Assembly: GCA_964291285.2 (NCBI GenBank)
Contig: OZ219787.1
Coordinates: 224,001 to 288,000, forward strand
DNA length: 64,000 nucleotides
Source: Alphaproteobacteria bacterium
GTDB lineage: Bacteria; Pseudomonadota; Alphaproteobacteria; Bin95
Reading direction: 5' to 3'
Below are positions 29,368-38,007 of the stretch, piece after piece. Within the stretch, counting starts at the first letter, position 1. Each line of letters opens with the position of its first letter. The notes under the pieces are model-generated. The model did no database searches, was not told the DNA's origin, and worked only from the letters and a program-made list of their open reading frames with translations. The position numbers were made by a program, and so were the translations under genes.

Positions 29368-30158
29368 CCGACACCCTCATGAACCGCGCCCGCGCGCTGG
29401 GCCTGCACGGCCTCCTCGCCCATTGGGGCGAAGTCGCGGAGCGCGACTGGCTCGCCTCCCTGATCGCGTGGGAAGAAGATGAGAAGCGCGCCCGAAGCCT
29501 CAAACGCCGCCTCGCCGACGCCCGCCTCGGACAGTTCAAGCCGCTCGCAGACTTCGACTGGGACTGGCCAAGGCGCTGCGACCGCATGGCCGTCGAGGAC
29601 CTCATGACCCTCGACTTCCTCAAGGAGGCCGCAAACCTCGTACTGGTCGGACCCAACGGCGTCGGAAAGTCCACCATCGCCGCCAATATCGCCCACCGCG
29701 CCGTCCTCGAAGGCCACATCGTGCGCTTCGCAACCGCCGCCAGCCTGCTCGGCGAACTCGCCGCCATCGACTCCGACACCCTGCTCCAGCGCAGGCTGCG
29801 CTTCTACGCCCGACAGCACCTGCTGGTCATCGACGAAGTCGGATATCTCTCCTACTCCAACCGCCACGCCGACCTGCTGTTCAACATCGTCTCAAGCCGC
29901 AGCCAGCAGAACTCAACCATAATCACCACGAACCGCCCCTTCGCCGAGTGGAGCGAGGCCTTCCCAAACGCCGCCTGCCTGGTCGCCCTCGTCGACCGGC
30001 TCGTCCACAACGCCGAGATCGTCGCCATCGACGGCGACTCCTGGCGCCGCAAGGAAGCCGAGGAACGTCAGAAGCAGCGCAGCGCCGAACGCCGCCGCCG
30101 GCGCGGACCGAAAGCCGGGCAAAGCACTGGAAAGGCGAACCCGGTCCCGTCGCCATAG
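29364..30158 (+). CDS. istB: IS21 helper ATPase
   Basis: Motifs GPNGVGKS, LLVIDEVGY, TTNRPFAEW and DRLVH. Confidence 0.95.
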   Translation: MTDTLMNRARALGLHGLLAHWGEVAERDWLASLIAWEEDEKRARSLKRRLADARLGQFKPLADFDWDWPRRCDRMAVEDLMTLDFLKEAANLVLVGPNGVGKSTIAANIAHRAVLEGHIVRFATAASLLGELAAIDSDTLLQRRLRFYARQHLLVIDEVGYLSYSNRHADLLFNIVSSRSQQNSTIITTNRPFAEWSEAFPNAACLVALVDRLVHNAEIVAIDGDSWRRKEAEERQKQRSAERRRRRGPKAGQSTGKANPVPSP

Positions 30159-30160
30159 CC

Positions 30161-31033
30161 ATGCATCCCTCCCGCCCCCGCGAGCGGCGGGTGCGGGCCG
30201 AGAGCCTGCGGGGCTATCCCCTCGAACCCGTCGCCCGAGCCCTCGGCTACCGCAGCGATCCCGACAATGCCGTGCGCTGGAGACGGCCAGGATCGGTCCT
30301 CTCCATCAACCGCTTCATGTTCTACGACCATCTGCGCGCAGAGGAGGGAGCCGGGGCTATCGAACTGGCGGTCCATGCGCTCGGATGCACCCCGCCGGAC
30401 GCCATCGACTTCCTCGCCGAACTGTCCGACCTCTCAATGCCCCCAGGCGGCCGCCGGCAGGCGCCGGCCAAGGACCCCCGCTGGCCCAACCTCCGGCGAT
30501 ACCTCGTCGAGCGGCGCGGCCTCGCGGACGCGCTCGTCACCCTGTGCCGCGACCTCGGCCTGGTCCATGCCGACCCTCACGGCAACCCCGTGTTCGTCCG
30601 CCGAAACGCCGCCGGCGAGGCTACCGGCATCGAAACCGTCACCGCTGACCGCAAAACGACCGCGGGCGGCGGCTTCTGGATGTCCTGGGAGACCGAATGG
30701 CCACACGCCGTCATCCTGGCCGGCAACGCCCTCGACGCACTCTCCATCCTCTCCCTCCACCTCGGCCCGGTAAAACGCACCGAATGCGCCACCGTCTCCA
30801 CCGGCGCCGTCGCCACCAAAGTCCCCAAATGGATCGAGGCATGGAACCCGCGCCTCATCTTCTGTGCATACGACGCCACCACAAACGGCGATCACGCCGC
30901 AAGGCGCCTCGCCCGCAACGACACCAGAATCGTCCGGCTGCGACCCGCACTCGACAACCGGGACTGGAACGACATGCTCATCCGCGACCGAGCCGGCGAA
31001 CCAATCGAAACCGATGACCAACAGATCAACTGA
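30161..31033 (+). CDS. primase-like DUF3991/Toprim passenger protein with degenerate catalytic motifs
   Basis: Motifs GAGAIELAVH, RRYLVERRGL, NPVF, ILAGNALDALS, CAYDAT.NG and DWND. Confidence 0.7.
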   Translation: MHPSRPRERRVRAESLRGYPLEPVARALGYRSDPDNAVRWRRPGSVLSINRFMFYDHLRAEEGAGAIELAVHALGCTPPDAIDFLAELSDLSMPPGGRRQAPAKDPRWPNLRRYLVERRGLADALVTLCRDLGLVHADPHGNPVFVRRNAAGEATGIETVTADRKTTAGGGFWMSWETEWPHAVILAGNALDALSILSLHLGPVKRTECATVSTGAVATKVPKWIEAWNPRLIFCAYDATTNGDHAARRLARNDTRIVRLRPALDNRDWNDMLIRDRAGEPIETDDQQIN

Positions 31034-31093
31034 AAAACCGCAACCGGCCGAAAAATGTCAGCGAATAGGCGCGCTCTGTAACCGTCGCTAACA

Positions 31094-31242
31094 TCTCCGC
31101 AACAAGTCAGTTGCCAACGCCAGCTTCTGGCTCTCGCTGCCTCTTTCAACTCTTGCAGGAAGACGTCCATACCCTGCCGGAGCTGGGCACGGCCGGACCC
31201 GCGAGGTCCTCCTCCCTCCATGAAAATCGAAACAGCGCTCAC
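31094..31242 (-). pseudogene. DUF4276-like protein, N-terminal fragment
   Basis: VSAVSIFMEGGG...LRQGMDVFLQEL...LTCCG; start overlaps the ATPase stop. Confidence 0.8.
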
Positions 31243-32127
31243 GGGTTTGCGCCCAACGCTCCCATGCGCCAGATGTCGCCCAAGGCGTATTCGTCCAGCC
31301 AGTGGGCGACGCTTTCCGGGTCCAGCCGGCGCAGCATAGTGCCCGCGCCGGGCCGCTCGCAGGCGACAATGGCGCTTGGCCGATTGGTCAACTCCGACAC
31401 CAGCGCATCCGAATGGGTCGTCACCACTAGCTGCGTCCGCTCGGAGGCCTCCTCCAGCACATCGCCCAACAGCGCCACCGCGTCGGGATGCAGGCCCAAT
31501 TCCGGCTCGTCGATACAAACCAGGGGCGGCGGCTCCGGCGACAGCAGCACCGCCAGCATGGCGATGAAGCGGAGCGTGCCGTCCGACATGCGTGTTACAG
31601 GGGTAGGCGTATCGAAACCGGTTTCATGGAGATAAAACTGGATTGCGCCCCCGGAAACCCGAGTAGTCATACGCTCGAACCGGGGGAAAAATCGTTTCAG
31701 CAAGCTATTGAATCGATCCCACTCTTTCCCAAACTGTTCGATATAATTCAAGACCAATGCGAGATTGCCGGAATCGGGAAGAAGCGGATTGTCAGGCAAA
31801 TCCGTCTGTTGGGGCCGGCGCACCTCCGAACGAGGACCGAAGGTCCATCTTCGGAAGGTTTGCATATCGAAAAGGAAACGCCCAAGCAGGGTCGGCACGG
31901 GATACAGGGATGCATCGCGGCGCTGGGCGAAAAGCGACTGGTCGCGCGTCAGATGTTCGTCCTCTATCGGGTAGATCGACGAAGTTCCCGTATCCCTGTT
32001 TTCAACCCTTATGACGGCCCGCATGCCGCCGTTGCGGAAATAGACGAACGGCTCGTCCATGTCGATACCGGGGACCGAATTCTCAAGAAGTTCGTCTAGA
32101 ACGATAACCCGACCGGCAGACTCTCCG
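31239..32127 (-). pseudogene. AAA_21/ABC-type ATPase, C-terminal fragment
   Basis: Motifs MSDGT, CIDEPELGLHP and VTTHS. Confidence 0.88.
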
Positions 32128-32149
32128 CTCGACTTTGTACAAAATTACC

Positions 32150-32437
32150 TCACGTCCATGTCCAGAAGATCTCGTTTTTGGCGATTTCGTCGAGGGCCTG
32201 TTCGAGCGGGAGCACGATGCCCCCCATGTCTCCGACGTCCTGCCAGGACTGGCGCCAGGACCAGTAGCGCACCCTCATCTTGTCACCTGAGCCTTTCGGC
32301 TGGAGCCTTGCGATCGGTGCCTGCGTGGCCGTGAGATACAGATTGTAGCCGCCGCGCACCCTGGTGACCGTCACGCCCCCGCCCCTGGATTTGTTGAACG
32401 CTTCGATGCGCGCCAGACAGGGGTCGGATGCGGCCAT
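32150..32437 (-). CDS. small passenger protein (possibly DUF3024-like)
   Basis: 95-aa ORF inside the IRs, PIARL...YW..R..W...LEQALDEI...IFW. Confidence 0.6.
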   Translation of the reverse strand: MAASDPCLARIEAFNKSRGGGVTVTRVRGGYNLYLTATQAPIARLQPKGSGDKMRVRYWSWRQSWQDVGDMGGIVLPLEQALDEIAKNEIFWTWT

Positions 32438-32546
32438 GAAGCAGTGATATCGGATTGGATGGCTTCTGTCGCTGCAGCGATGCTGATTCACCCGGTCGCA
32501 TGCGGGCGCCCTTGCATGCCGGATGCTTCTGGATTCGAAGGTCGTC

Positions 32547-33929
32547 ATGACACATTTCGACGACCCTTCGAGCGCCATCGGCGATCCGGTTCCGCCGTTC
32601 CTGATCGACTGGCTGGAGCCCTTTCGAGGCGCCTTCTCATCCCCGACCTGGCGGCTGGTGGCGGTTCTGGTCATGGGAGCGTTGCTGGCGCCGGGCAAGA
32701 GAACCGTGTCGGCCTGCCTGCGGGTGACCGGGCGGGCGATGTGCGAGACATTCTCGTCCTACCATCAGGTTCTCAATCGCGCCCGCTGGGACCCGCGTGA
32801 CCTTTCACGCCGGCTCGTGCTCGTGCTGGTGGCGCGGCTTGCCGGGCAGGGACCGATCATCATCGGGCTCGATGACACCATCGAGCGCCGCTGGGGCGCG
32901 CGTATCAAGGCGCGCGGCATCTATCGCGACCCGGTGCGTTCCAGCCATGGCCATTTCGTCAAGACCAGCGGGCTGCGCTGGCTCAGCTTCATGCTGCTTG
33001 TCCCGCTGCCCTGGTCGCCGGGCATCAGGGCCCTGCCCTTCCTGACCATCCTGGCCCCGTCCGAACGCTTCGCCGCCAGGCAAGGCCGGCGTCACAAGCA
33101 ACTCACCGACTGGGCGCGACAGGGCATGCTTCAAATCCTTCGCTGGGTCCCGCAACGCGCGATCGTCTTCGTCGCCGACAGCAGTTTCGGAACCCACGAA
33201 CTCGCCTGGCGCATCGGACAGCGCGCAACCCTCATCAGCAGGCTGAGGCTCGATGCCAACCTCTTCGCGCCCCCGCCGCCGCGCGACCCGAACAAACGCG
33301 GTCGACCCCGGCAAAAGGGGCCGCCCCTGCCCAAGCTCCAGACCCGCCTTGACGACCCCGATGCCCGCTGGACAAGCATCACGCTTCCGCGCTGGTACGG
33401 AAGTTCGAAGGAAAAGACACTCCAGATCATCTCCGATACCGCGCTCTGGTATCGTCCCGGCACACCTCCCAAGGCCATCCGATGGGTGCTGGTGCGAGAC
33501 CCGGAAGGCGAGCGGGACCCGCAGGCGTTCTTCTGCACCGACACCAACATGGAGCCGGCCAAGATCATCGCCACCTTCGTGCGGCGCTGGCAGGTCGAGG
33601 TCACCTTCCAGGAACTGCGCGCCCATCTCGGGCTCGAAACACAACGCCAGTGGTCACACGCGGCGATCGCACGAACCACCCCCGTCCTCTGCGGGCTCTA
33701 CAGCCTCGTCTGCCTCTGGGCCACAGACGTGCTCTCGACAAACCACCTGTCCTACGCCGCCGCCTGGTACCAGAAAACCAGCGTCACATTCTCCGATGCA
33801 ATCGCGGCCATACGATGCCAACTCTGGCTTGGAAACAATTTATCGCGCTCCCCGCCACACCGGGAACCAAACATAATTCCGCCCGACAAGATAAGGCGGA
33901 TGCAGTACGCCCTCTGCTTCGCAGCATAA
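32547..33929 (+). CDS. IS701-like (DDE_5) transposase
   Basis: Motifs IGLDDT, FVADSSF and RRWQVEVTFQE; frame intact. Confidence 0.88.
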   Translation: MTHFDDPSSAIGDPVPPFLIDWLEPFRGAFSSPTWRLVAVLVMGALLAPGKRTVSACLRVTGRAMCETFSSYHQVLNRARWDPRDLSRRLVLVLVARLAGQGPIIIGLDDTIERRWGARIKARGIYRDPVRSSHGHFVKTSGLRWLSFMLLVPLPWSPGIRALPFLTILAPSERFAARQGRRHKQLTDWARQGMLQILRWVPQRAIVFVADSSFGTHELAWRIGQRATLISRLRLDANLFAPPPPRDPNKRGRPRQKGPPLPKLQTRLDDPDARWTSITLPRWYGSSKEKTLQIISDTALWYRPGTPPKAIRWVLVRDPEGERDPQAFFCTDTNMEPAKIIATFVRRWQVEVTFQELRAHLGLETQRQWSHAAIARTTPVLCGLYSLVCLWATDVLSTNHLSYAAAWYQKTSVTFSDAIAAIRCQLWLGNNLSRSPPHREPNIIPPDKIRRMQYALCFAA

Positions 33930-33943
33930 TGCACAAAGTCGAG

Positions 33944-34250
33944 CTCCGAAGTCGATTCGATACCTTACCGACACCGGAATCGGGAAGCCGGTTCCCGTCT
34001 TCAACTCAATTTGCGCAACATCGGTCGCGGCCTGCCCTTTCCACAGCCATTCCGATATACCGCCGCCTTCGCGAAGGGGCTTCGCAAAATCCGCCGGCAG
34101 GGCGCGCAGAAGCTCAAACGCCTCGATCAAGTTCGACTTGCCCGACCCGTTGGGGCCAATGAGCACGTTTAGGGATTCGAGCTCGAACGGCTCCATGTCC
34201 GGCGGGAAGGAGAGCAGGCCGGCCAGTTTCAGGCTCTGGATGAACCGCAT
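33944..34250 (-). pseudogene. AAA_21/ABC-type ATPase, N-terminal fragment
   Basis: Walker A IGPNGSGKSN; rejoins in frame as RIDFG-ESAGRVIVLDE...MDEPF after IS removal. Confidence 0.88.
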
Positions 34251-34360
34251 CGCAATCCGCTCGCCGCCGTTTGCCTTGTCCCGTCCAGTGTGCCGCCAAC
34301 CTTCCCCGAATGCGCCTGCCGGTCAAGCGGGAGAAACGGCAGGCGTCCGGGCGGCGGGGG

Positions 34361-34645
34361 TCATGCGGCGAATCGGCGGACGGCGACCTGCCCGCGGTTC
34401 GCCTTCGCCTGCCAGAGGTCGTACTGCATCTGCTGGAGCAGCCAGCTTTCCGGGCTGCCCCCGAACGCCTCCGAGAGCCTGATCGCCATTTCGGGAGAAA
34501 TTCCGAGGCGGCCGTTGAGGAGCATGGAGAGCGTGTTGCGCGACACCGCAAGGCCCTTCGCGGCCTCGGTCACCGTCAATCCCAGCGGTTCGAGGCATTG
34601 CCGCCGGATAACGCCGCCGGGATGGGGCGGATCGTGCATAAGCAT
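34361..34645 (-). CDS. higA: HigA family antitoxin
   Basis: [18 protein letters not shown]. Confidence 0.92.
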   Translation of the reverse strand: MLMHDPPHPGGVIRRQCLEPLGLTVTEAAKGLAVSRNTLSMLLNGRLGISPEMAIRLSEAFGGSPESWLLQQMQYDLWQAKANRGQVAVRRFAA

Positions 34646-34658
34646 GGCGCAGCCCTTT

Positions 34659-34937
34659 CTAATGATAGTCCAGATAATCGACATCGACGGCGCCGCCGTC
34701 CTCGAAGCGGAAAACGATGCGCCAGTTGGCCCGGACCGTCACCGCCCAGAAGCCGGCAAGGTCACCCCGCAGCCGGTGAAGCCGGAAGCCGGGCAGGTCC
34801 ATGTCTTCCGGAGCCCTCGAAGCGTTCAATCGCGCCAGAATGTCCCGCACTGCCTCCCGGTGTTCCGCCCGGATGCGGCCCTCCTCGCCACGCTGCATGA
34901 ACCGCCTGAGCGCCCTGCTTCTGAAACTTCGTATCAC
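34659..34937 (-). CDS. higB: HigB (RelE/ParE) toxin
   Basis: MIRSFR...LHRLRG...[11 protein letters not shown]...DYLDYH. Confidence 0.92.
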   Translation of the reverse strand: MIRSFRSRALRRFMQRGEEGRIRAEHREAVRDILARLNASRAPEDMDLPGFRLHRLRGDLAGFWAVTVRANWRIVFRFEDGGAVDVDYLDYH

Positions 34938-34945
34938 GGCAATGT

Positions 34946-34968
34946 GTAATATGCAATATGTCTATTAC
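34946..34968. promoter_or_regulatory. palindromic operator upstream of higBA
   Basis: GTAATA-N11-TATTAC in an AT-rich patch just before the higB start. Confidence 0.55.
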
Positions 34969-34974
34969 CAGCCC

Positions 34975-36399
34975 TCAAACCCCCGGCCCCGCCCTTACCG
35001 CCTCCGGCACCTCGCGCTTGAGATACCTCCCGTCCGCCGGGTCGCCGAGGAACGCGCCGTCCTCGACCACCACCTTGCCGCGCAGGATTGTCATGGCGGG
35101 CCAGCCGGTGATGGCGTGGCCTTCCCAGGGGGTGTAGTCGGCTTCGTGGAGGTCTTCGGCGCGGACGGTGCCGCGCGCCTCGGGGTCGAGCACGCAGATG
35201 TCGGCGTCGGAGCCGGGCGCGAGCGCGCCCTTGCGCGGCCAGAGGCCCATGATCTTCGCGGCGTTGGTCGAGACGAGGTCCGTGTAGCGCTCCAGGCTGT
35301 AGCCGCGCCTGGTCACCATCTCGTCATACATCACGCCCATGCGCGGCTCGACGCCGGCATTGCCGCCCGTGGTGTCGTCGATGCGGGAGCCCAGCGTCTT
35401 GACCCTGAGCGTGCAGCAGATCTCGTCCGTGGCGACGCAGTTGATCGCGCCGTCGAGCGTGCCGGCCCAGAGCGCCGCCTGGTCCGCCGGGGACTTGAGC
35501 GAGGGGTAGGTGTGGTAGATCTGGCCGTTCGGGCGCCTGTAGTCCTCGCTGGTGTAGAGCATGTACTGATGCAGCGTCTCGCCGTAGATCGGGCTGCCCT
35601 TCGCGCGCGCCTCGCGGATCGCCTGCACGCCCGTCGCCGCGCTCACATGCATCATGTAGAGCGGCGTGTCCTCGGCCTCCGCCAGCCGCAGCACGCGGCG
35701 GAAGGACAGGTCCTCCGACAGCGCGTTGTGGACCTCCGCCATGTTCTCGAAGCCGACCCGGCCCTCGCGGATCAGGGTCTCGTACATGTGCATGACGATG
35801 TCGTTGTCCTCGGCATGGATGACGCCGAGGCCGCCCGCCCGCGTGATCGCCTTGAAGACCTCCCAGATATCGCCGAAATGCACCATCCGCCCGCGGCGCG
35901 ACGGCGTGATGTCGGTGGTGAAGATCTTCACGGTCGGGTAGCCGTCGGCGATGACGCCCGCCAGCTCGGAGACCGTCTCCGGCGGAATTTCGCCGAGCAG
36001 CATCACATGGTAGGCGTAGTCGCAGTAGCAGGCGCCGTCCCAGTCCGCGTCGCGGCGCGCGATCACCTCGGCCAGCGGCAGCGGCTCCTGGCGGGCGGCG
36101 AAGTCGATCATCGTCGTGGTGCCGCCGTGGAGCGCGGCGCGGCTCACCACCGCGGGCGGGTCGGTCAGCATCGCCGTGCCGTCCGGCAGCGGCAGGTGCC
36201 AGAGGCAATGCACATGCGGGTCGATGCCGCCCGGCATGACGATCCGCCCGGTCGCGTCCACCACGCGCGCGGCCGAGGCGTCCGGGATGGCGCCCTGCTC
36301 GGCCACGGCCGCGATGCGCTCGCCCGAGACCGCCACATCGTGCGCGCCCACCCCCTGCGGCGTCACCACACGGTCGCTGCGCAGGATCAGGTCGAACAT
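34975..36399 (-). CDS. dihydropyrimidinase/hydantoinase-like amidohydrolase
   Basis: Motifs PGGIDPHVH, GGTTT, IHAED, MHVS and ATD. Confidence 0.88.
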   Translation of the reverse strand: MFDLILRSDRVVTPQGVGAHDVAVSGERIAAVAEQGAIPDASAARVVDATGRIVMPGGIDPHVHCLWHLPLPDGTAMLTDPPAVVSRAALHGGTTTMIDFAARQEPLPLAEVIARRDADWDGACYCDYAYHVMLLGEIPPETVSELAGVIADGYPTVKIFTTDITPSRRGRMVHFGDIWEVFKAITRAGGLGVIHAEDNDIVMHMYETLIREGRVGFENMAEVHNALSEDLSFRRVLRLAEAEDTPLYMMHVSAATGVQAIREARAKGSPIYGETLHQYMLYTSEDYRRPNGQIYHTYPSLKSPADQAALWAGTLDGAINCVATDEICCTLRVKTLGSRIDDTTGGNAGVEPRMGVMYDEMVTRRGYSLERYTDLVSTNAAKIMGLWPRKGALAPGSDADICVLDPEARGTVRAEDLHEADYTPWEGHAITGWPAMTILRGKVVVEDGAFLGDPADGRYLKREVPEAVRAGPGV

Positions 36400-37304
36400 C
36401 GCTCCACCTCCTCGATCAGCACCTCCATGAGCGCGTCGGCCCAATCCTGCCGGATGCCGCGCCCGATGACGACTATCCTCGTGCTGCGGTCGGTCCCCGG
36501 CCAGCGGGCGAGCCGCTCCAGCGGGTGGAAGACATGCTGCACGCCGTGCACGACGACCGGCCGCTCCGGCGCCTCGGCGATCTGCACGAGGCCCTTGAGG
36601 CGCAGCAGGTCCGGCCCCGCCGCATCCGCCAGCGTCTCCAGGAAGAGGGTGAGGGCGACGGCGGGCACGGGCTCGGTGCGCCGGAGCGTGAAGGTCGAGA
36701 TGCCGGCGGCGTGGTCGTGGCCGTCGGGCGCGTCGAGGCGGGGCTCGATGGCGAGCAGCCGGGCGGGGTCGATGCCGCCGAAGCTCGCTTCCAAGATCTC
36801 CGCGCCCGGATTGAGCGCACGGAGGCGGCTTTCCAGTTCGGGGGCCGGCGCGAGGTCGCGCTTGGTGACGATCAGCAGGTCCGCCAGCGCCGCCTGCTTC
36901 ACCGCCTCGGGATAGCGCGCCAGCGTCTCCGCGCCGTTCACCGCGTCCACCGTCGCGGCGAGGCCGCCCGCCTCCAGGCCGTATGCGGCGATCAGTGTCT
37001 GGAGGATCGGCGCGGGGTCGGCGAGGCCGCTCGTCTCCAGCCAGATGCGCGCGCAGGGCCGCTGCGCCAGCAGCCGGGCGGCGGCGGCGGTAATGTCGCC
37101 CCTGGCCGCGCAGCAGAGGCAGCCGGAGCCGAGCTCCACCAGCTCCTCCTCGCCCGCCTCCAGCAGCGCATGGTCGATGCCGACATCGCCGAACTCGTTG
37201 ACGATCACCCCGTCGCCCTTGAGCGCCTCGTGCGCGAGCAGCGCCTTCAGCAGCGTCGTCTTGCCGGAGCCGAGGAAGCCCGTGATGGCGATGATCCGGG
37301 TCAT
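36387..37304 (-). CDS. CobW/COG0523 metallochaperone GTPase
   Basis: Motifs GFLGSGKTT, GCLCC, ETSGLADP and LLRLKG. Confidence 0.92.
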   Translation of the reverse strand: MTRIIAITGFLGSGKTTLLKALLAHEALKGDGVIVNEFGDVGIDHALLEAGEEELVELGSGCLCCAARGDITAAAARLLAQRPCARIWLETSGLADPAPILQTLIAAYGLEAGGLAATVDAVNGAETLARYPEAVKQAALADLLIVTKRDLAPAPELESRLRALNPGAEILEASFGGIDPARLLAIEPRLDAPDGHDHAAGISTFTLRRTEPVPAVALTLFLETLADAAGPDLLRLKGLVQIAEAPERPVVVHGVQHVFHPLERLARWPGTDRSTRIVVIGRGIRQDWADALMEVLIEEVERCST

Positions 37305-37558
37305 TGCGGCTCTCCCTCGCCGGCGCGCATGAACAGCACCCGGCTCGCCCGGCGCTCCGGGGCGACGAGGGAGCGCAGATGGCGGAGTGCGCCCGAGATC
37401 GAGGGATGGACGCGGCCGGGCCCGTCCGGCCCCGTCACCCGCCAGGCGGGCCCGAGCGGCGTCTCCTCGCGCCCGGCCGCCACGCCCTCAGGCTCGACGC
37501 CCCAGAGCTCCAGCGCGCCCCGGATCAGCAGCTCGTCCCTTTTCCCGTCACCCGTCAC
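37301..37558 (-). CDS. hypothetical protein
   Basis: 4-nt overlaps with both neighbouring genes. Confidence 0.55.
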   Translation of the reverse strand: MTGDGKRDELLIRGALELWGVEPEGVAAGREETPLGPAWRVTGPDGPGRVHPSISGALRHLRSLVAPERRASRVLFMRAGEGEPQ

Positions 37559-38007
37559 AGCGGCAGCGCCAGCAGGGTGTCGATGCGGGCATTGTCATAG
37601 ACCACGGTCATCTCCCGGATGCGCAGCGCCCCGTCGAAGGCGGCGCGGTATTCGCCGGCGCTGAACAGCATGAGGTCGCCCTCGCGCATGATGCGGGTGA
37701 CATGGTAGCCGGCGCGGGCGGAGACCGGCGGCCCTTCGTCCACCAGCGCGCGCCCGATCACATGGCGGTAGCGCTGCGCCTCATAGACGTTCGCCCGGCG
37801 CAGCGCCGCCACCCGGTCGGCGAGCATGGCGCGGCCGTCGGCATAGACCACCGAGACCGGCAGGCCGGCCTCCACATTCTCGCGCGCGGCGATGCGGTAG
37901 CGGCAGTCCTCCGCGAACAGCGCCAGCCAGTCCTCCAGCCGGTCGTCGTCTATGGCCATGGCGTAGCGCGCGAACAGGCCGTCCACGGCGTCCTGGAGGC
38001 CGCTCAC
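37555..38007 (-). CDS. aromatic ring-hydroxylating oxygenase beta subunit
   Basis: YAMAIDDDRLEDW...MLADRV...DTLLALPL (AndAd/NagH-like). Confidence 0.88.
   Translation of the reverse strand: MSGLQDAVDGLFARYAMAIDDDRLEDWLALFAEDCRYRIAARENVEAGLPVSVVYADGRAMLADRVAALRRANVYEAQRYRHVIGRALVDEGPPVSARAGYHVTRIMREGDLMLFSAGEYRAAFDGALRIREMTVVYDNARIDTLLALPL

Larger units (their letters stand above)
27045..31093 (+). mobile_element. IS21-family element with extra genes, 4049 bp
   Basis: TGT...ACA ends, imperfect 40-bp IR (TGTAGGTGACGGT / TGTTAGCGACGGT), 5-bp DR TCTCC at 27040-27044 and 31094-31098, istA-istB. Confidence 0.92.
32128..33943 (+). mobile_element. IS701-like element with passenger gene, 1816 bp
   Basis: IR CTCGACTTTGTACA / TGCACAAAGTCGAG; 5-bp DR CTCCG at 32123-32127 and 33944-33948. 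Confidence 0.88.

Noticed and set aside
29948-30160. N-terminal extension of the Toprim ORF given by the ORF track (361 aa)
   Set aside because: It overlaps istB out of frame; ATG 30161 just after the istB stop is more plausible.
25755-34970. Integron, prophage or retron interpretation of the accessory islet
   Set aside because: No integrase, attC-like sites, phage structural genes or reverse transcriptase seen.
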